Below are positions 18,664 through 28,900 of a stretch of 64,000 bases of DNA, in pieces. Position numbers and translations under genes: made by a program. Under the pieces are notes generated by a model. The model worked only from the letters and a program-made list of their open reading frames with translations. It had not been told where the DNA came from and made no database searches. The stretch is taken from positions 7,993-71,992 of the forward strand of contig DASTCA010000054.1 of the NCBI GenBank assembly GCA_035711625.1, in the 5' to 3' direction. Position 1 is the stretch's first letter. Each line of letters begins with the position of its first letter. Origin of the DNA: Gemmatimonadota bacterium. GTDB lineage: Bacteria > Gemmatimonadota > Gemmatimonadetes > JACCXV01 > JAHWKZ01.

Positions 18664-20790
18664 CTAGGGAAGCGACTCCGGCGACGACGCGGGAATGCCG
18701 TTCAGCGCGTCGACGACAGCGAGCACGTTCCCCCGGTCGTAGAAGTTCACGGCCACGAAGTTGGGGATCCTGCCTCGCTCCATCTGGCATTCGAGGGCGC
18801 GGCGCAGGAGAACGTCGTACGCGTTCACCGAATCCGCATCGGCGGGCGACGGGGTCACCTTGTGGATCCAATGGTTGAGGATGAAGAGGGGGCTGTCCGG
18901 TCGGCCGCGGCTTTCCGCGCAGTTGAAGTCGGCGGGGGTCCGGAAGGCATAAGGGGTCTCCTGCATCAGCTCCCAGCCCGAGTGGAGCCAGGGCGGCCCG
19001 GTGGCTCCGCTCTCCGTCATCACGAGGAGGGGCCGGTTCGCGTCGATCATCTCGGCCAGCGTGGGCCAGGGTTCGGAGGGTCGCTTGACGAAGGCGAGCT
19101 CGTCGAGCGCGGCCTCGCGAAAGGCCTCGACCGTGTCCTCAGGCCGCGTTCCGTCCTCGAGGATGATCACCACGACTTCGTCGTGGTTGGACTCGAGGAA
19201 CTCTCGAACGTCCGTCAGGGCGTCCGCGAGCCGGGTGGCCCCGACCTCACACATGACGTGGCACATGAAGACCTCCGGTCGAGCGCCTTCCTCGACGGGC
19301 CCGAGCCTCGCGGCCAGCCGGTCCGCGGCCTCGGTGAACTCGACTCCGAATTCTTCGATCAGGGTCTGGCGGCTGCGCTCGTGGAGCGGTGACGTCCGTA
19401 CTCCCCGGGAGACCGCGAATCCGTAGTAGGTGTCGATCATGAATCCGCGCATGCCGAACTCCAGCTGGCGACGGAGCCCGCCGTCCTGCGAGGCGAAGAA
19501 CCACCCAGGCTCGGCGGCCGCCGCCATCGCGTTGTGGCCGGTCGCCAGAACGACGTCGGTGAGAGGGCGGTCGCAGAGCTCGGCGTGGCCGTTGCAGCGG
19601 CGGATGCCGCCGGGGTCTCCGGGAGCGGTCGCGGAGCGCGAAGAAACGTAGAGCCACCCGGCGCCGACCAGCCCCAGAACGAGAATCGCCGCTGTGAGCG
19701 CGTGCCTGAGCGCGCGCAGACCCGCCGCGCGTCCGGACGACTGCGCCCCACGCGGGACCTCCCCTTCGATCCCGATCCCGCTCGCGCGAATCAGCTCGTT
19801 CAGCCCCACGTAGAGCGCGTAGAGACCGGCCGCGATGCCGAGCCCCCCCATCAGGGTCGACGGCCAACGGATCATCGCCACGGCCGCCAGGACGATACCC
19901 AATGCCCGGGCCAGCCGGCCGAGACGGCTCTCGGGGACCGTCGTCAGCGCGCGGCGGACGCGATCGGCGTCCGCTCGAATATCGACCGGGCGAAAAGCCG
20001 ATGCGGCGGCCGCGGCCAGCGCGATCCCGAGCACCGCGGTGCCGAGCCCCCAGATCGCCAGGTCGCCCGCGAAGGGACGCCAGATCCCCAGCAAGGCCCG
20101 CTCCGCGAGCGGCTCCAGGTCCGACGACATCAGGATCGCGCGCCCGATGCCGACCGTTGCGGTGACGGCCGCGCCTGCCGCAGCGGCGGAGACTCCCACC
20201 CGCGATACGGCCCGATCCCGGTCCGATGCCAGCCACACACCGGCGCCGAACGCGAGAAAGGCGAGGAGAGGAAGCAGCCACCCGAGAAACCGAACCCTGG
20301 TTCCGGTCGCGATGGCTTGCGCGGCGAAGTCCCGCTTTCGCAGCTGGATCAGGGTCGCTCTTACGTCGGGAAGCCGCTCGGCGAGTTGCGGATCGATGGC
20401 GCGGACGGCGCCGTCCACGATGATCATGAGATCGAGAAGCTCGAGGACGATCGCCTGGTCCGGCGCGAAGAGAGACGCGTGGGCCTGGCGTACCGCGTTG
20501 CCGTAAATGGCGCGGAACGGCCGACTCTCGACGACCTGGCCGACCGCCAGCTCGAGGACCGGTCGGACAGCGACGAGCTGCGCGGAGCCGCGGGCGACGA
20601 TCTCATCGACGACGTTCTCGGTGACGACCGTTCGGACCGCGTCGTTCTCGAGGACCTCGATGGCGCGGGACGAGAAGCCGTGGGGATCGTAGATCGCGAC
20701 CCTGCCCCAGAACGCGATCAGACCGGCGAACAGGAGGATTCCGCCCACCGCGATCAGGCCGGACGACACGACCGGACGAGAGCGAGTCAT
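18664..20790 (-). CDS. Membrane-anchored protein with C-terminal PI-PLC X-domain-like phosphodiesterase domain
   Basis: Multiple N-terminal TM segments. The C-terminal region (CDRPLTDVVLATGHNAM ... FMIDTYYG ... ILEDG) resembles PLC-like phosphodiesterase TIM barrels. Antisense ORFs on the plus strand are judged spurious. Confidence 0.6.
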   Translation of the reverse strand: MTRSRPVVSSGLIAVGGILLFAGLIAFWGRVAIYDPHGFSSRAIEVLENDAVRTVVTENVVDEIVARGSAQLVAVRPVLELAVGQVVESRPFRAIYGNAVRQAHASLFAPDQAIVLELLDLMIIVDGAVRAIDPQLAERLPDVRATLIQLRKRDFAAQAIATGTRVRFLGWLLPLLAFLAFGAGVWLASDRDRAVSRVGVSAAAAGAAVTATVGIGRAILMSSDLEPLAERALLGIWRPFAGDLAIWGLGTAVLGIALAAAAASAFRPVDIRADADRVRRALTTVPESRLGRLARALGIVLAAVAMIRWPSTLMGGLGIAAGLYALYVGLNELIRASGIGIEGEVPRGAQSSGRAAGLRALRHALTAAILVLGLVGAGWLYVSSRSATAPGDPGGIRRCNGHAELCDRPLTDVVLATGHNAMAAAAEPGWFFASQDGGLRRQLEFGMRGFMIDTYYGFAVSRGVRTSPLHERSRQTLIEEFGVEFTEAADRLAARLGPVEEGARPEVFMCHVMCEVGATRLADALTDVREFLESNHDEVVVIILEDGTRPEDTVEAFREAALDELAFVKRPSEPWPTLAEMIDANRPLLVMTESGATGPPWLHSGWELMQETPYAFRTPADFNCAESRGRPDSPLFILNHWIHKVTPSPADADSVNAYDVLLRRALECQMERGRIPNFVAVNFYDRGNVLAVVDALNGIPASSPESLP

Positions 20791-20913
20791 CAGCTCGATC
20801 TCCTGAAGGATGCGAAGTCGAATGCCCTGGGTTTCATCGGACCTCCCAGCGCTGGTATGTTCTCGGCACCAGGATCCGGTACGTAATCATAGGACCAGCG
20901 GAGGGGCGAGTCG

Positions 20914-21807
20914 ATGGGTCGGAGCTTCCGAGCCGTTCCGCGAGTGGCGCTCGAGACCGCCTTCCTCACGACGGGCCTTCCCGAGGACGTGCGCCTCGCA
21001 ACCGCTCAGGCGATGGCCCGATCGGTTCGCGAGCGAGGGGCGGAGGCCGCGTTCGCCGGTGTCGTCGGTGGAACGCCGGTCGTCGGGATCGACGACACCA
21101 CGCTCGAGGGACTGGCGTCCGCGGGGCGAAAGCTGGCCACCCGTGATCTGCCGATCGCGGTGGCCGAAAGGGCCGACGGTGGGACCACCGTCTCCGCCAC
21201 CCTGTTCCTCGCGCACCGCGCGGGCGTGGGGGTAGCGGCGACGGGCGGGATTGGCGGCGTGCACCGCTCTGGTTCGACTGGAGCGGGAGGTGCGCGCGAT
21301 GAATCCGCCGATCTGATCGAACTCTCGCGGACCCCCGTGATCCTGGTGTGCTCGGGCGCGAAGGCGATTCTCGACCTGCGCGCGACGATGGAGCGACTCG
21401 AAACCCTTGGAGTCACCGTGATCGGCTGTGGTACGAGAGAGCTCCCCGCGTTCTGGTCGTCGGAAAGCGGGATCGACTTGCCGCACACGGTCGCGGATGC
21501 TCGCGAGGCGGCCGCCGTAGGGAGGGAAGCGCGGGCGCTCGGCTTGCGGGGGGCGGTTCTCGTCTGCGTCCCGCCGCCGGCGCAGCAAGCGCTCCCTTGC
21601 GAGGAGAGCGACCGCGCAGTCGAGGTGGCGGTGGCGGAAGCCGAGCGACGCGGCATCGCGGGCGCTGCGCTCACGCCGTTCCTCCTGTCCCGAATCGCCG
21701 ACATCACGAACGGCCGATCGCTCCGCGCGAACCGAGCGCTCCTCGAGAACAACGCCGGCGTCGCGGCGGAGATCGCCGTCGCGCTGGCTGCAGATCCGGC
21801 GACATGA
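20914..21807 (+). CDS. psuG: Pseudouridine-5'-phosphate glycosidase
   Basis: Motifs ATGGIGGVHR and LVCSGAKAILD match PsuG, which also has a comparable length. Confidence 0.8.
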   Translation: MGRSFRAVPRVALETAFLTTGLPEDVRLATAQAMARSVRERGAEAAFAGVVGGTPVVGIDDTTLEGLASAGRKLATRDLPIAVAERADGGTTVSATLFLAHRAGVGVAATGGIGGVHRSGSTGAGGARDESADLIELSRTPVILVCSGAKAILDLRATMERLETLGVTVIGCGTRELPAFWSSESGIDLPHTVADAREAAAVGREARALGLRGAVLVCVPPPAQQALPCEESDRAVEVAVAEAERRGIAGAALTPFLLSRIADITNGRSLRANRALLENNAGVAAEIAVALAADPAT

Positions 21808-23000
21808 GCCCCCGAGGTTTCCATACGGGACCCCTCGGCGTGGCGATCGCGGTCGCGCTCCTTCACGCGTTCAACGACGCCTACACCGCCTTCCTGCCTC
21901 CGCTCCTGCCGCGGATCATGGGCGACCTCGGGCTGTCGATCACGCTCGCCGCCGCGCTCATGACAGCGCTCGCGCTCGGATCCTCGCTCGCGCAGCCCCT
22001 GATGGGTCGGCTCGCTGACCGGCGCGGACGACGCGCGCTGGTGGTGCTCGGTCCCGTAGCGACCGGCGGGTTCCTGTCGCTCATGGGGCTCGCCCCCGGA
22101 TTCTGGACTCTCGTGGCGATCCTCCTGCTCGGAGGGCTGGGGAGCGCCGCGTTCCATCCGCCGGCAGCTTCGCTCGCCGCGCGCGTGGGAGAGGGGGGGC
22201 GAACGGGGATGCGCCACGCAATTTTCTCGTTCGGTGGCGCGTTCGGGCACGCGTTGGGACCGCTGATCGCCGTTTCGCTCGTCGCCGCGGTCGGCCTCGG
22301 GCGGTTGTGGATCGCGGCAATCCCCGTTGTCGCGCTAGGAGCGGTGGCGTGGTTCGCTCTGCCGCCGGGCGCGTCAGACCGGATCCTCGCGCCCCCGCCG
22401 TCAGCGCGCGAGATCGTGCGGATATTGCGCGGTCCGCTGGGTCTCGTGTTCGGGATCAGCGCCTGCGGCGCGTTCCTCAATAACATGTTCCTGACGCTCC
22501 AGCCGATCTCCATGGCGGCGGGCGGCGCGAGCGAAGCTCGGGGCGCGGTCGTGCTATCCGTGTACATGGGAGGACAGGCCGTGGGGACGCTTGCCGGGGG
22601 GTGGCTCTCGGATCGCATGGACCGGCCGCTCCTCCTGGCTCTCCTGACCGGCGTCTCGTTCCCCCTACACCTGCTCGCTTTCCTTCTCCCTGCCGGCGGG
22701 CCGTTGGCGCTCGCCGCCGCCGTGCTCGCGGGCGCGAGCAACATGGCGGTCCTGCCGCCGATCGTGATCACCGCGATCGAGCTGGCCCCCTCGTTCGTGT
22801 CCACGAGCTCGGGGATCGTGATGGGGCTCGCATGGGCGGTGGGCGCGCTCGGAGTGCTCGCCGCCGGCGCGGTGGGGGACTGGCTGGGCCCGCAGCTGGC
22901 CGCCGTGGTCCTCTCTCCGATCATCCTCGCTGGCTCCTGGCTGGCGCTCCGTCTGCGGCGGCGCGGACTGAGGGCTTGGCGGCCAGCGGAGGCGGCGTGA
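21804..23000 (+). CDS. MFS transporter
   Basis: 398 aa with 12 predicted TM helices and an MFS-style GRLADRRGRR loop. The ATG overlaps the psuG stop (ATGA). Confidence 0.75.
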   Translation: MSPRGFHTGPLGVAIAVALLHAFNDAYTAFLPPLLPRIMGDLGLSITLAAALMTALALGSSLAQPLMGRLADRRGRRALVVLGPVATGGFLSLMGLAPGFWTLVAILLLGGLGSAAFHPPAASLAARVGEGGRTGMRHAIFSFGGAFGHALGPLIAVSLVAAVGLGRLWIAAIPVVALGAVAWFALPPGASDRILAPPPSAREIVRILRGPLGLVFGISACGAFLNNMFLTLQPISMAAGGASEARGAVVLSVYMGGQAVGTLAGGWLSDRMDRPLLLALLTGVSFPLHLLAFLLPAGGPLALAAAVLAGASNMAVLPPIVITAIELAPSFVSTSSGIVMGLAWAVGALGVLAAGAVGDWLGPQLAAVVLSPIILAGSWLALRLRRRGLRAWRPAEAA

Positions 23001-23662
23001 GCGTCCGGGTCAAGGTGTGCTGCATCGCCAGCGTCGAGGAAGCGCGCCTAGCCGTAGCGCGCGGCGCCTCGGCTCTCGGCCTCGTGTCCGAGATGCCGAG
23101 CGGACCTGGGGTGATCCCGGCGGAGCGGATCGCCGAGATCGCCGCAGCCGCGCCTCCCGGCGTCGCCACGTTCCTGCTGACATCGCGAACGGATCCGGAG
23201 GAGATCGCCGAGCAGCAGCGCGCGAGCGGCGTTGGCGTGCTCCAGCTGTGTGACGAGCCCGCGCCCGGGGCGCGAGCGCTTCTCCGGCGGGAGCTCCCGG
23301 GGGTCAAGCTCGTTCAAGTCATCCATGTGCGGGAAACGGGCTCTCTCGAGGAGGCCCGCGCGGCGGCGCCGGAGGTGGATGCGCTGCTCCTCGACTCGGG
23401 CCGTCCGGATCTGCCGATCAAGGAGCTCGGCGGCACTGGGCGGGTCCACGATTGGGAGACGAGCCGGGCGATCCGCGAGGCCGTTGAGGTGCCCGTTTTC
23501 CTAGCGGGAGGTCTCCATCCCGGCAACGTCGCGAGCGCGATCGCGACCGTGCGCCCCTTCGGTGTCGACCTCTGCAGCGGGATCCGGGTCGATGGGCATC
23601 TCGACGAGACGCTGCTATCGAGCTTCATGCGGGCGGTCGCGGCCGCTTCAGCCGGGGTGTAA
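22997..23662 (+). CDS. trpF: Phosphoribosylanthranilate isomerase
   Basis: (beta/alpha)8 PRAI motifs (VKVCCI...G.....D; LDSG...GGTG; FLAGGL). The GTG overlaps the MFS stop. Confidence 0.8.
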   Translation: MSVRVKVCCIASVEEARLAVARGASALGLVSEMPSGPGVIPAERIAEIAAAAPPGVATFLLTSRTDPEEIAEQQRASGVGVLQLCDEPAPGARALLRRELPGVKLVQVIHVRETGSLEEARAAAPEVDALLLDSGRPDLPIKELGGTGRVHDWETSRAIREAVEVPVFLAGGLHPGNVASAIATVRPFGVDLCSGIRVDGHLDETLLSSFMRAVAAASAGV

Positions 23663-23705
23663 GGGCTCCGACATCGCCGCGACGCGGATCGCGTAGCTTG
23701 GCTAC

Positions 23706-24983
23706 GTGACCCGGAAGGCCTTCCTCTATCCGCTCGCCGGCATAGGCGCCGTGGCGCTCCTCTATGCCGTCTACGCCCTGGGAACCGCCGAGCCCGTCGA
23801 CGTCCTTCCGGACACTATGAGCTCGGCGCCGTCGCGAGGCTTCGACCTCGCCTCCACAGTGGCGATAAACCTCGGTGCCCCACTCCTCGCAGGTGACCGC
23901 GTGGAGCTGCTCGAGAACGGGAACGAGATCTTCCCCCCGATGCTCGATGCGATCCGCGATGCCGAGCAATCGGTCAACCTCCTGACCTTCGTCTACTGGC
24001 AGGGCGGCATCGCCCGCCGCTTCGCCGCTGAGATGTCCACCGCTTGCCGACGTGGCGTCGAGGGCAGGGTGCTCCTGGATGCGGTAGGCGCCGCGAAGAT
24101 GGACAGGGCGCTGATCGAGGAGATGCGTGCCGCCGGGTGCAAGGTCGCCCACTTTCGTCCTCCGCGGTGGAACGAGCTCCGGCGGATGAATCGTCGCACC
24201 CACCGCAAGGTGCTGGTCGTCGACGGTCGGATCGGGTTCACGGGCGGAGTGGGGATCGCGGAGGAGTGGACGGGCGCGGCGACGGATCCCGGTCACTGGC
24301 GCGATGACCACTTCCGAATCGAGGGTCCCTCCGTCCACTATCTCCAGGGGGCGTTCGCGGAGAACTGGCGCGAGGAGACCGGCGAGGTGCTGGTAGAGGA
24401 GCGGTTTTTCCCCGACCTAGAGCCGGCCGGAGAAGCGAAATCGGTCCCTATCCTGGGTGCGCCGGGCGGAACGATCTCGGACATCGCGTTCCTGTACTGG
24501 ATCTCGCTTCAGGCAGCGCGGGAGCGGGTCTGGATCGCGACCCCGTACTACATGCCCGATCCGGACCTGCAAACTGCGATCGAAGCCACGGCGAAACGAG
24601 GAGTCGAGGTCAACCTGATCGTCCCGAACGAGCTCAACGACTCATCGCTGGTCCGCTGGGCGAGCCGCACGCACTACCGCGGGCTCCTCGAGGCGGGAGT
24701 CCGGATCTTCGAGTACCAGCCGACGATGTTCCATGTCAAAGCGGTGACAGTCGATGACGACTGGGCGATTGTCGGATCCGCGAACTTCGACAATCGGTCG
24801 TTCGAGTTGAACTACGAGGTAGTGGTCGCGGTCCAGGACTCCTCGCTCGTGAGAGCGCTGGAGCGGTCGATGCAGGACGACGTGCGGGAATCGCGGGAAA
24901 TCACGCTCGAGGACGTCGAGAGGTGGTCACCGCTCGCGCGAGCACGCGACCGCCTGGCGACCGTCTTACGGGAACAGATCTGA
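23706..24983 (+). CDS. cls: Cardiolipin synthase (PLD superfamily, two HKD motifs)
   Basis: N-terminal TM segment. HxK(x)4D motifs at HRKVLVVDG and HVKAVTVDD. Confidence 0.85.
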   Translation: MTRKAFLYPLAGIGAVALLYAVYALGTAEPVDVLPDTMSSAPSRGFDLASTVAINLGAPLLAGDRVELLENGNEIFPPMLDAIRDAEQSVNLLTFVYWQGGIARRFAAEMSTACRRGVEGRVLLDAVGAAKMDRALIEEMRAAGCKVAHFRPPRWNELRRMNRRTHRKVLVVDGRIGFTGGVGIAEEWTGAATDPGHWRDDHFRIEGPSVHYLQGAFAENWREETGEVLVEERFFPDLEPAGEAKSVPILGAPGGTISDIAFLYWISLQAARERVWIATPYYMPDPDLQTAIEATAKRGVEVNLIVPNELNDSSLVRWASRTHYRGLLEAGVRIFEYQPTMFHVKAVTVDDDWAIVGSANFDNRSFELNYEVVVAVQDSSLVRALERSMQDDVRESREITLEDVERWSPLARARDRLATVLREQI

Positions 24984-24984
24984 T

Positions 24985-25383
24985 TCACTCGCTCCACGGT
25001 TCCTTAAGACGATCGAGCTCACGGCGCTCGCGCTTCGTCGGCCGGCCCTTCCCGCGGAACGACGTCTCCGGCATGAGCTTGAGCTGGGCTTCGCGCTGCT
25101 TGCGCCGGGCTACGCTGTCGGCAGTCTCCTCGCAGAGCGCGGCCGCGGCGGCGGCTGTGCCTCGTCGTTCCGCGAGGCCGGTCACGCGCACCGTTCGCTC
25201 GATCGGCCCCATGCGCACGCGCACGAGGTCGCCGACACGAACCGCGGCGCCGGTCTTCGGCCGCGCGTCGTTCAGACGCACCTTGCCACCGTCGATCGCG
25301 CTCGCCGCCTGGCTGCGCGTCTTGTAGAACCGCGCCGCCCAGAGCCAGCGGTCGATCCGCACGCTGTCTGCGCCCGCGGTCAC
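24985..25383 (-). CDS. hslR: Ribosome-associated heat shock protein Hsp15 (S4 RNA-binding domain)
   Basis: VRIDRWLWAARFYKTRSQA..IDGGKVRLN is the classic S4/Hsp15 N-terminus. Confidence 0.75.
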   Translation of the reverse strand: MTAGADSVRIDRWLWAARFYKTRSQAASAIDGGKVRLNDARPKTGAAVRVGDLVRVRMGPIERTVRVTGLAERRGTAAAAAALCEETADSVARRKQREAQLKLMPETSFRGKGRPTKRERRELDRLKEPWSE

Positions 25384-25916
25384 GGCTCGACCCCGGCGAG
25401 CAGGATCCGAAGCCGCGCGGGGGTCGATTCACTGCTCGAGAACGCGCGCACGACGGATTCCGCGAGCTCGGCCGGATGGACGCCCATGACGCGGGAACCC
25501 AGCGCGCGCGAGGCGCGGAGCCCCCGCACCGCGCGGGCCGCCTGGCGGCGCGACGCTTCCACGTGCCCCCGCCGATCGTTCAAGCAGGCAGCCGAGAGGT
25601 GGACGAGCGACTGGACGAAGCGGGCTTGCGGCGTGGTCCGGCCCGCCGCGAGCCACAGGCCCTCGAGCGCCTCATGGCATTCCCACCAGTACCCGTAATT
25701 GAACAGGTCGACGGCCCTTAGCCACTCCTCGAGATCCCGCCACTCCTCGAGTCGCCAATGCGCCGGCGCGGGCAATCGCTCTCCAGGCGAGTGGCCCTCG
25801 GGGTCGCGAGTCGGGTGCGGGACTTCGCCCGGAACGAAGCGGTAGGGGGGGAGTGGACGCGAGGAATAGCGCGGCGGAACGTTTCCGCCCGGCATTGCGC
25901 ATTCGCACATATCCAT
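25380..25916 (-). CDS. DUF309 domain protein
   Basis: The DUF309 signature (LFNYGYWWECHEALEGLW) is present. It overlaps the hslR start by 4 nt. Confidence 0.6.
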   Translation of the reverse strand: MDMCECAMPGGNVPPRYSSRPLPPYRFVPGEVPHPTRDPEGHSPGERLPAPAHWRLEEWRDLEEWLRAVDLFNYGYWWECHEALEGLWLAAGRTTPQARFVQSLVHLSAACLNDRRGHVEASRRQAARAVRGLRASRALGSRVMGVHPAELAESVVRAFSSSESTPARLRILLAGVEP

Positions 25917-25951
25917 AGGCTACCCATTGTCCGCAACACCGCCAAGAGAGG

Positions 25952-28900
25952 TTGAAATGTGGCCACGGTCGGGACAAGATTGAATGTAGAATGTCCGAAA
26001 CGATGGTTTCCGCAGTTTCCACCCACCGTCTTGCCGCCGTTTGGTTCGCTGACATCGTCGGGTTCACCAGGTTGTCCGCACGCGATGAGCGCACGGCGAT
26101 GACACTCATTTCCATCCTTCAGCTCTGTGCGCGGCGGGCGGTGGGAGGACATTCCGGTCGACTGGTCAAATTCATGGGCGATGGAGCGATGGCAGAGTTC
26201 GGAAGCACGGACGCCTCCATCCGCGCCGCCCTGGCGCTCAAAGCCGACTTCGAGGAGCTGTCAAGAAAGCGGGGTGCTCCAGCTCTGCTCAGGATCGGCG
26301 TGCACGTGGGCGATGTGGTGAGCGCCGAGAACGACATCTATGGGGATGGGGTGAACACCGCGAGCAGGATCCAGCGCGAGGCGCGGCCGGGGGAAGTTCT
26401 TGTGAGCGATGACGTCTGGCGCCATCTGAAGGGGCGCGACGAGTTCACAATGGAGGATCGAGGGGAGCGGGAGCTGCGCGGGTTGGATGGGATGCATCGC
26501 TTGTACGCGGTGCAGATGGTCGAGCAGAAGAAGCGAGAGACACGGGACGACTCCAACCTCCCTGATTCCTGGGCCATCGCGGTCCTTCCATTCGTCGACA
26601 TCAGCCCCGGGCAGGACAACGAGTACTTCAGCGACGGCATGACAGAGGAGCTCATCCACTCCCTTTCTCGAGTCGACGGTCTGCGGGTCGCCTCGCGAAC
26701 GTCATCGTACTCGTTCAAGGGACGCTCCGCCGGGATCGACGAGATCGCCGAGGCACTGCGAGTGAACGTCGTTCTGGAAGGAAGCGTGCGAAAAGTCGGC
26801 AGCCGCGTCCGCGTCACGCCATTGCTGGTGGATGCCGCGAATGGCTTTCAGCTCTGGACGGACACCTACGAGCGGGAGCTCGAGGACGTCTTCGATCTGC
26901 AAGAGACGATCTCGAGCGCCATCGTCGATGCCCTTCAGGTGAAGCTCGGAGCGCCCGATCGAATCACGCGGGAGCATACGAGTGTTTCCGCGGCGTACGA
27001 TGAGTATCTGAAGGGACGGTACCACTGGAATCGACATACTCCGGAGGATTTCAAGACGAGCATCGAGCATTACGAGAGAGCGATCGCCGCCGATCCGGAC
27101 TACGCGCTGGCCTGGGCCGGCCTCGCCGACTCCTACATCACGATGGGCGCCGTCTTCCTGGGCCGGCCCAAGGATCTCTACCCGCGGGCGCGTGAGGCCG
27201 CCCGGAAGGCGTTGGAACTCGATCCTCGCCTCGCGGCCGCACAGGCGGCCCTGGCGGAGGTACAGCTGCGCTACGACTGGGACTGGGACGCGGCCGAGCG
27301 CGGGTTCAAGCGCGCACTGGCCCTGGATCCCAACTACCCGGACGCGCGTTACCGGTACGGGAACTTCCTTCGTGACATGGGGCGGTTCGACGAGGCGATC
27401 GTCGAGGTGCGCCGCGCCCAAGGGATGGATCCGTACTCCCGCCCCATTTCGGCGGCCGTGGCGGGGGTCTTCTATTACGCAAAACGGTACGACGAGGCGA
27501 TCGAGGAATGCCTTCGAACTCTCGAACAGGACAGCTTCTACAATGTGAACTACTACCTGGCGGTTTCTTACATCGAAAAGGGAATGCCCGACAAAGCCGT
27601 GCGTCAGTTCGAGCGGGTTCGGGAGCTGGCGGGGTTCCGGGGATCGATCGCCGGATTGATCCTGGGATACGCGGCGGCCGGAAGGACGGACGAGGCGTGG
27701 GTTCTTCTGGAGGATCTGCGCTCGATGGCGGAAAAGGGAGAGGCTTCGGCCTTCCTCGTCGCGACGGCCTGCCTGGCCCTGGGCGACCGGGACGAGGCAT
27801 TCCGCTGGTTCGACATCGCGGTAGAAGAGCGAACGAGCTGGTTCACGAGCCTTCGCGTCGAACCGCGTTTCGCTCACCTCCACGAGGATCCCCGCTTCCA
27901 GCGCCTTCTCGCCCGGGTCGGGTTCCCGATGCCGACCAACCGCATCCCTCACAATCTCCCGACCCAACCGACCCCCATCGTTGGACGCGAGCCCGAGTTG
28001 AAAGCTGTCCGTGGGTTGCTGCTCGATCCCGCTGCTCGGATCGTCACGCTTGTCGGACCCGGTGGCGTGGGAAAGACCCGGCTGGCGATCGAAGCGGCTT
28101 CCCACACGCTGGAGGGGTTCCCCGACGGCGTCCGGTTCATCCCCCTCTCCGCGGTCGATCTGCCCGACATCCTACCGCCCGCACTGGCGCGGGCGATCGG
28201 CATCGTGGAAATGGACCCAACTCCTTACGACGCGCTCGTGGCCGGTCTGCGGGGCCGCCGACTCTTGCTCATTCTCGACGGCTTCGAGCATCTCCTTCCG
28301 GGGGCACCCCTCGTCGCGGAGCTGCTGGGCGCGCTTCCGGAGTTGCGCGTGATGATCACTAGCCAGGCCACCCTGCGGGTGAGAGGCGAGCGAGTGTTCC
28401 AGGTGCAGCCGTTGGCGCTGCCGGCTCCTGGCGCGCGCGAACGGAGCGTCGGCGCGCTGAGCAAGTACGGGGCCGTGGCTCTGTTTCTCGAGCGGATGGA
28501 GGCGGTGAAGCCCGCGTACTCGCCGGGGCCGGAGGATATGGATGCCGCGGTTGAGATCTGTCGCGAGCTGGACGGCCTACCACTCGCGATCGAGCTCGCG
28601 GCGGCGCGCCTCCGAATGATGTCGCCGCCGGCTCTGCTCGGTCGACTGAGGGACCGCTTCGACTTTCTCGTCCAGGGCCCGCGCGACCTGCCGGAGCGGC
28701 ACCAGACCCTGCGAGCGGTGTGCGATTGGAGCTATGGCCTTCTCGATCCACGGGAGCAGGCCATGTTCCGCCTCCTGGCACCGTTCGTAGGTGGATGCAG
28801 TCTGGAAGCGGCCGACTGGATGGTAAGGGACGGAAGGGACGACCCGAATGCGTATGGGGCGTCGGAGCGACGAGGCGTCATCGACCTGCTCGCCTCGCTG

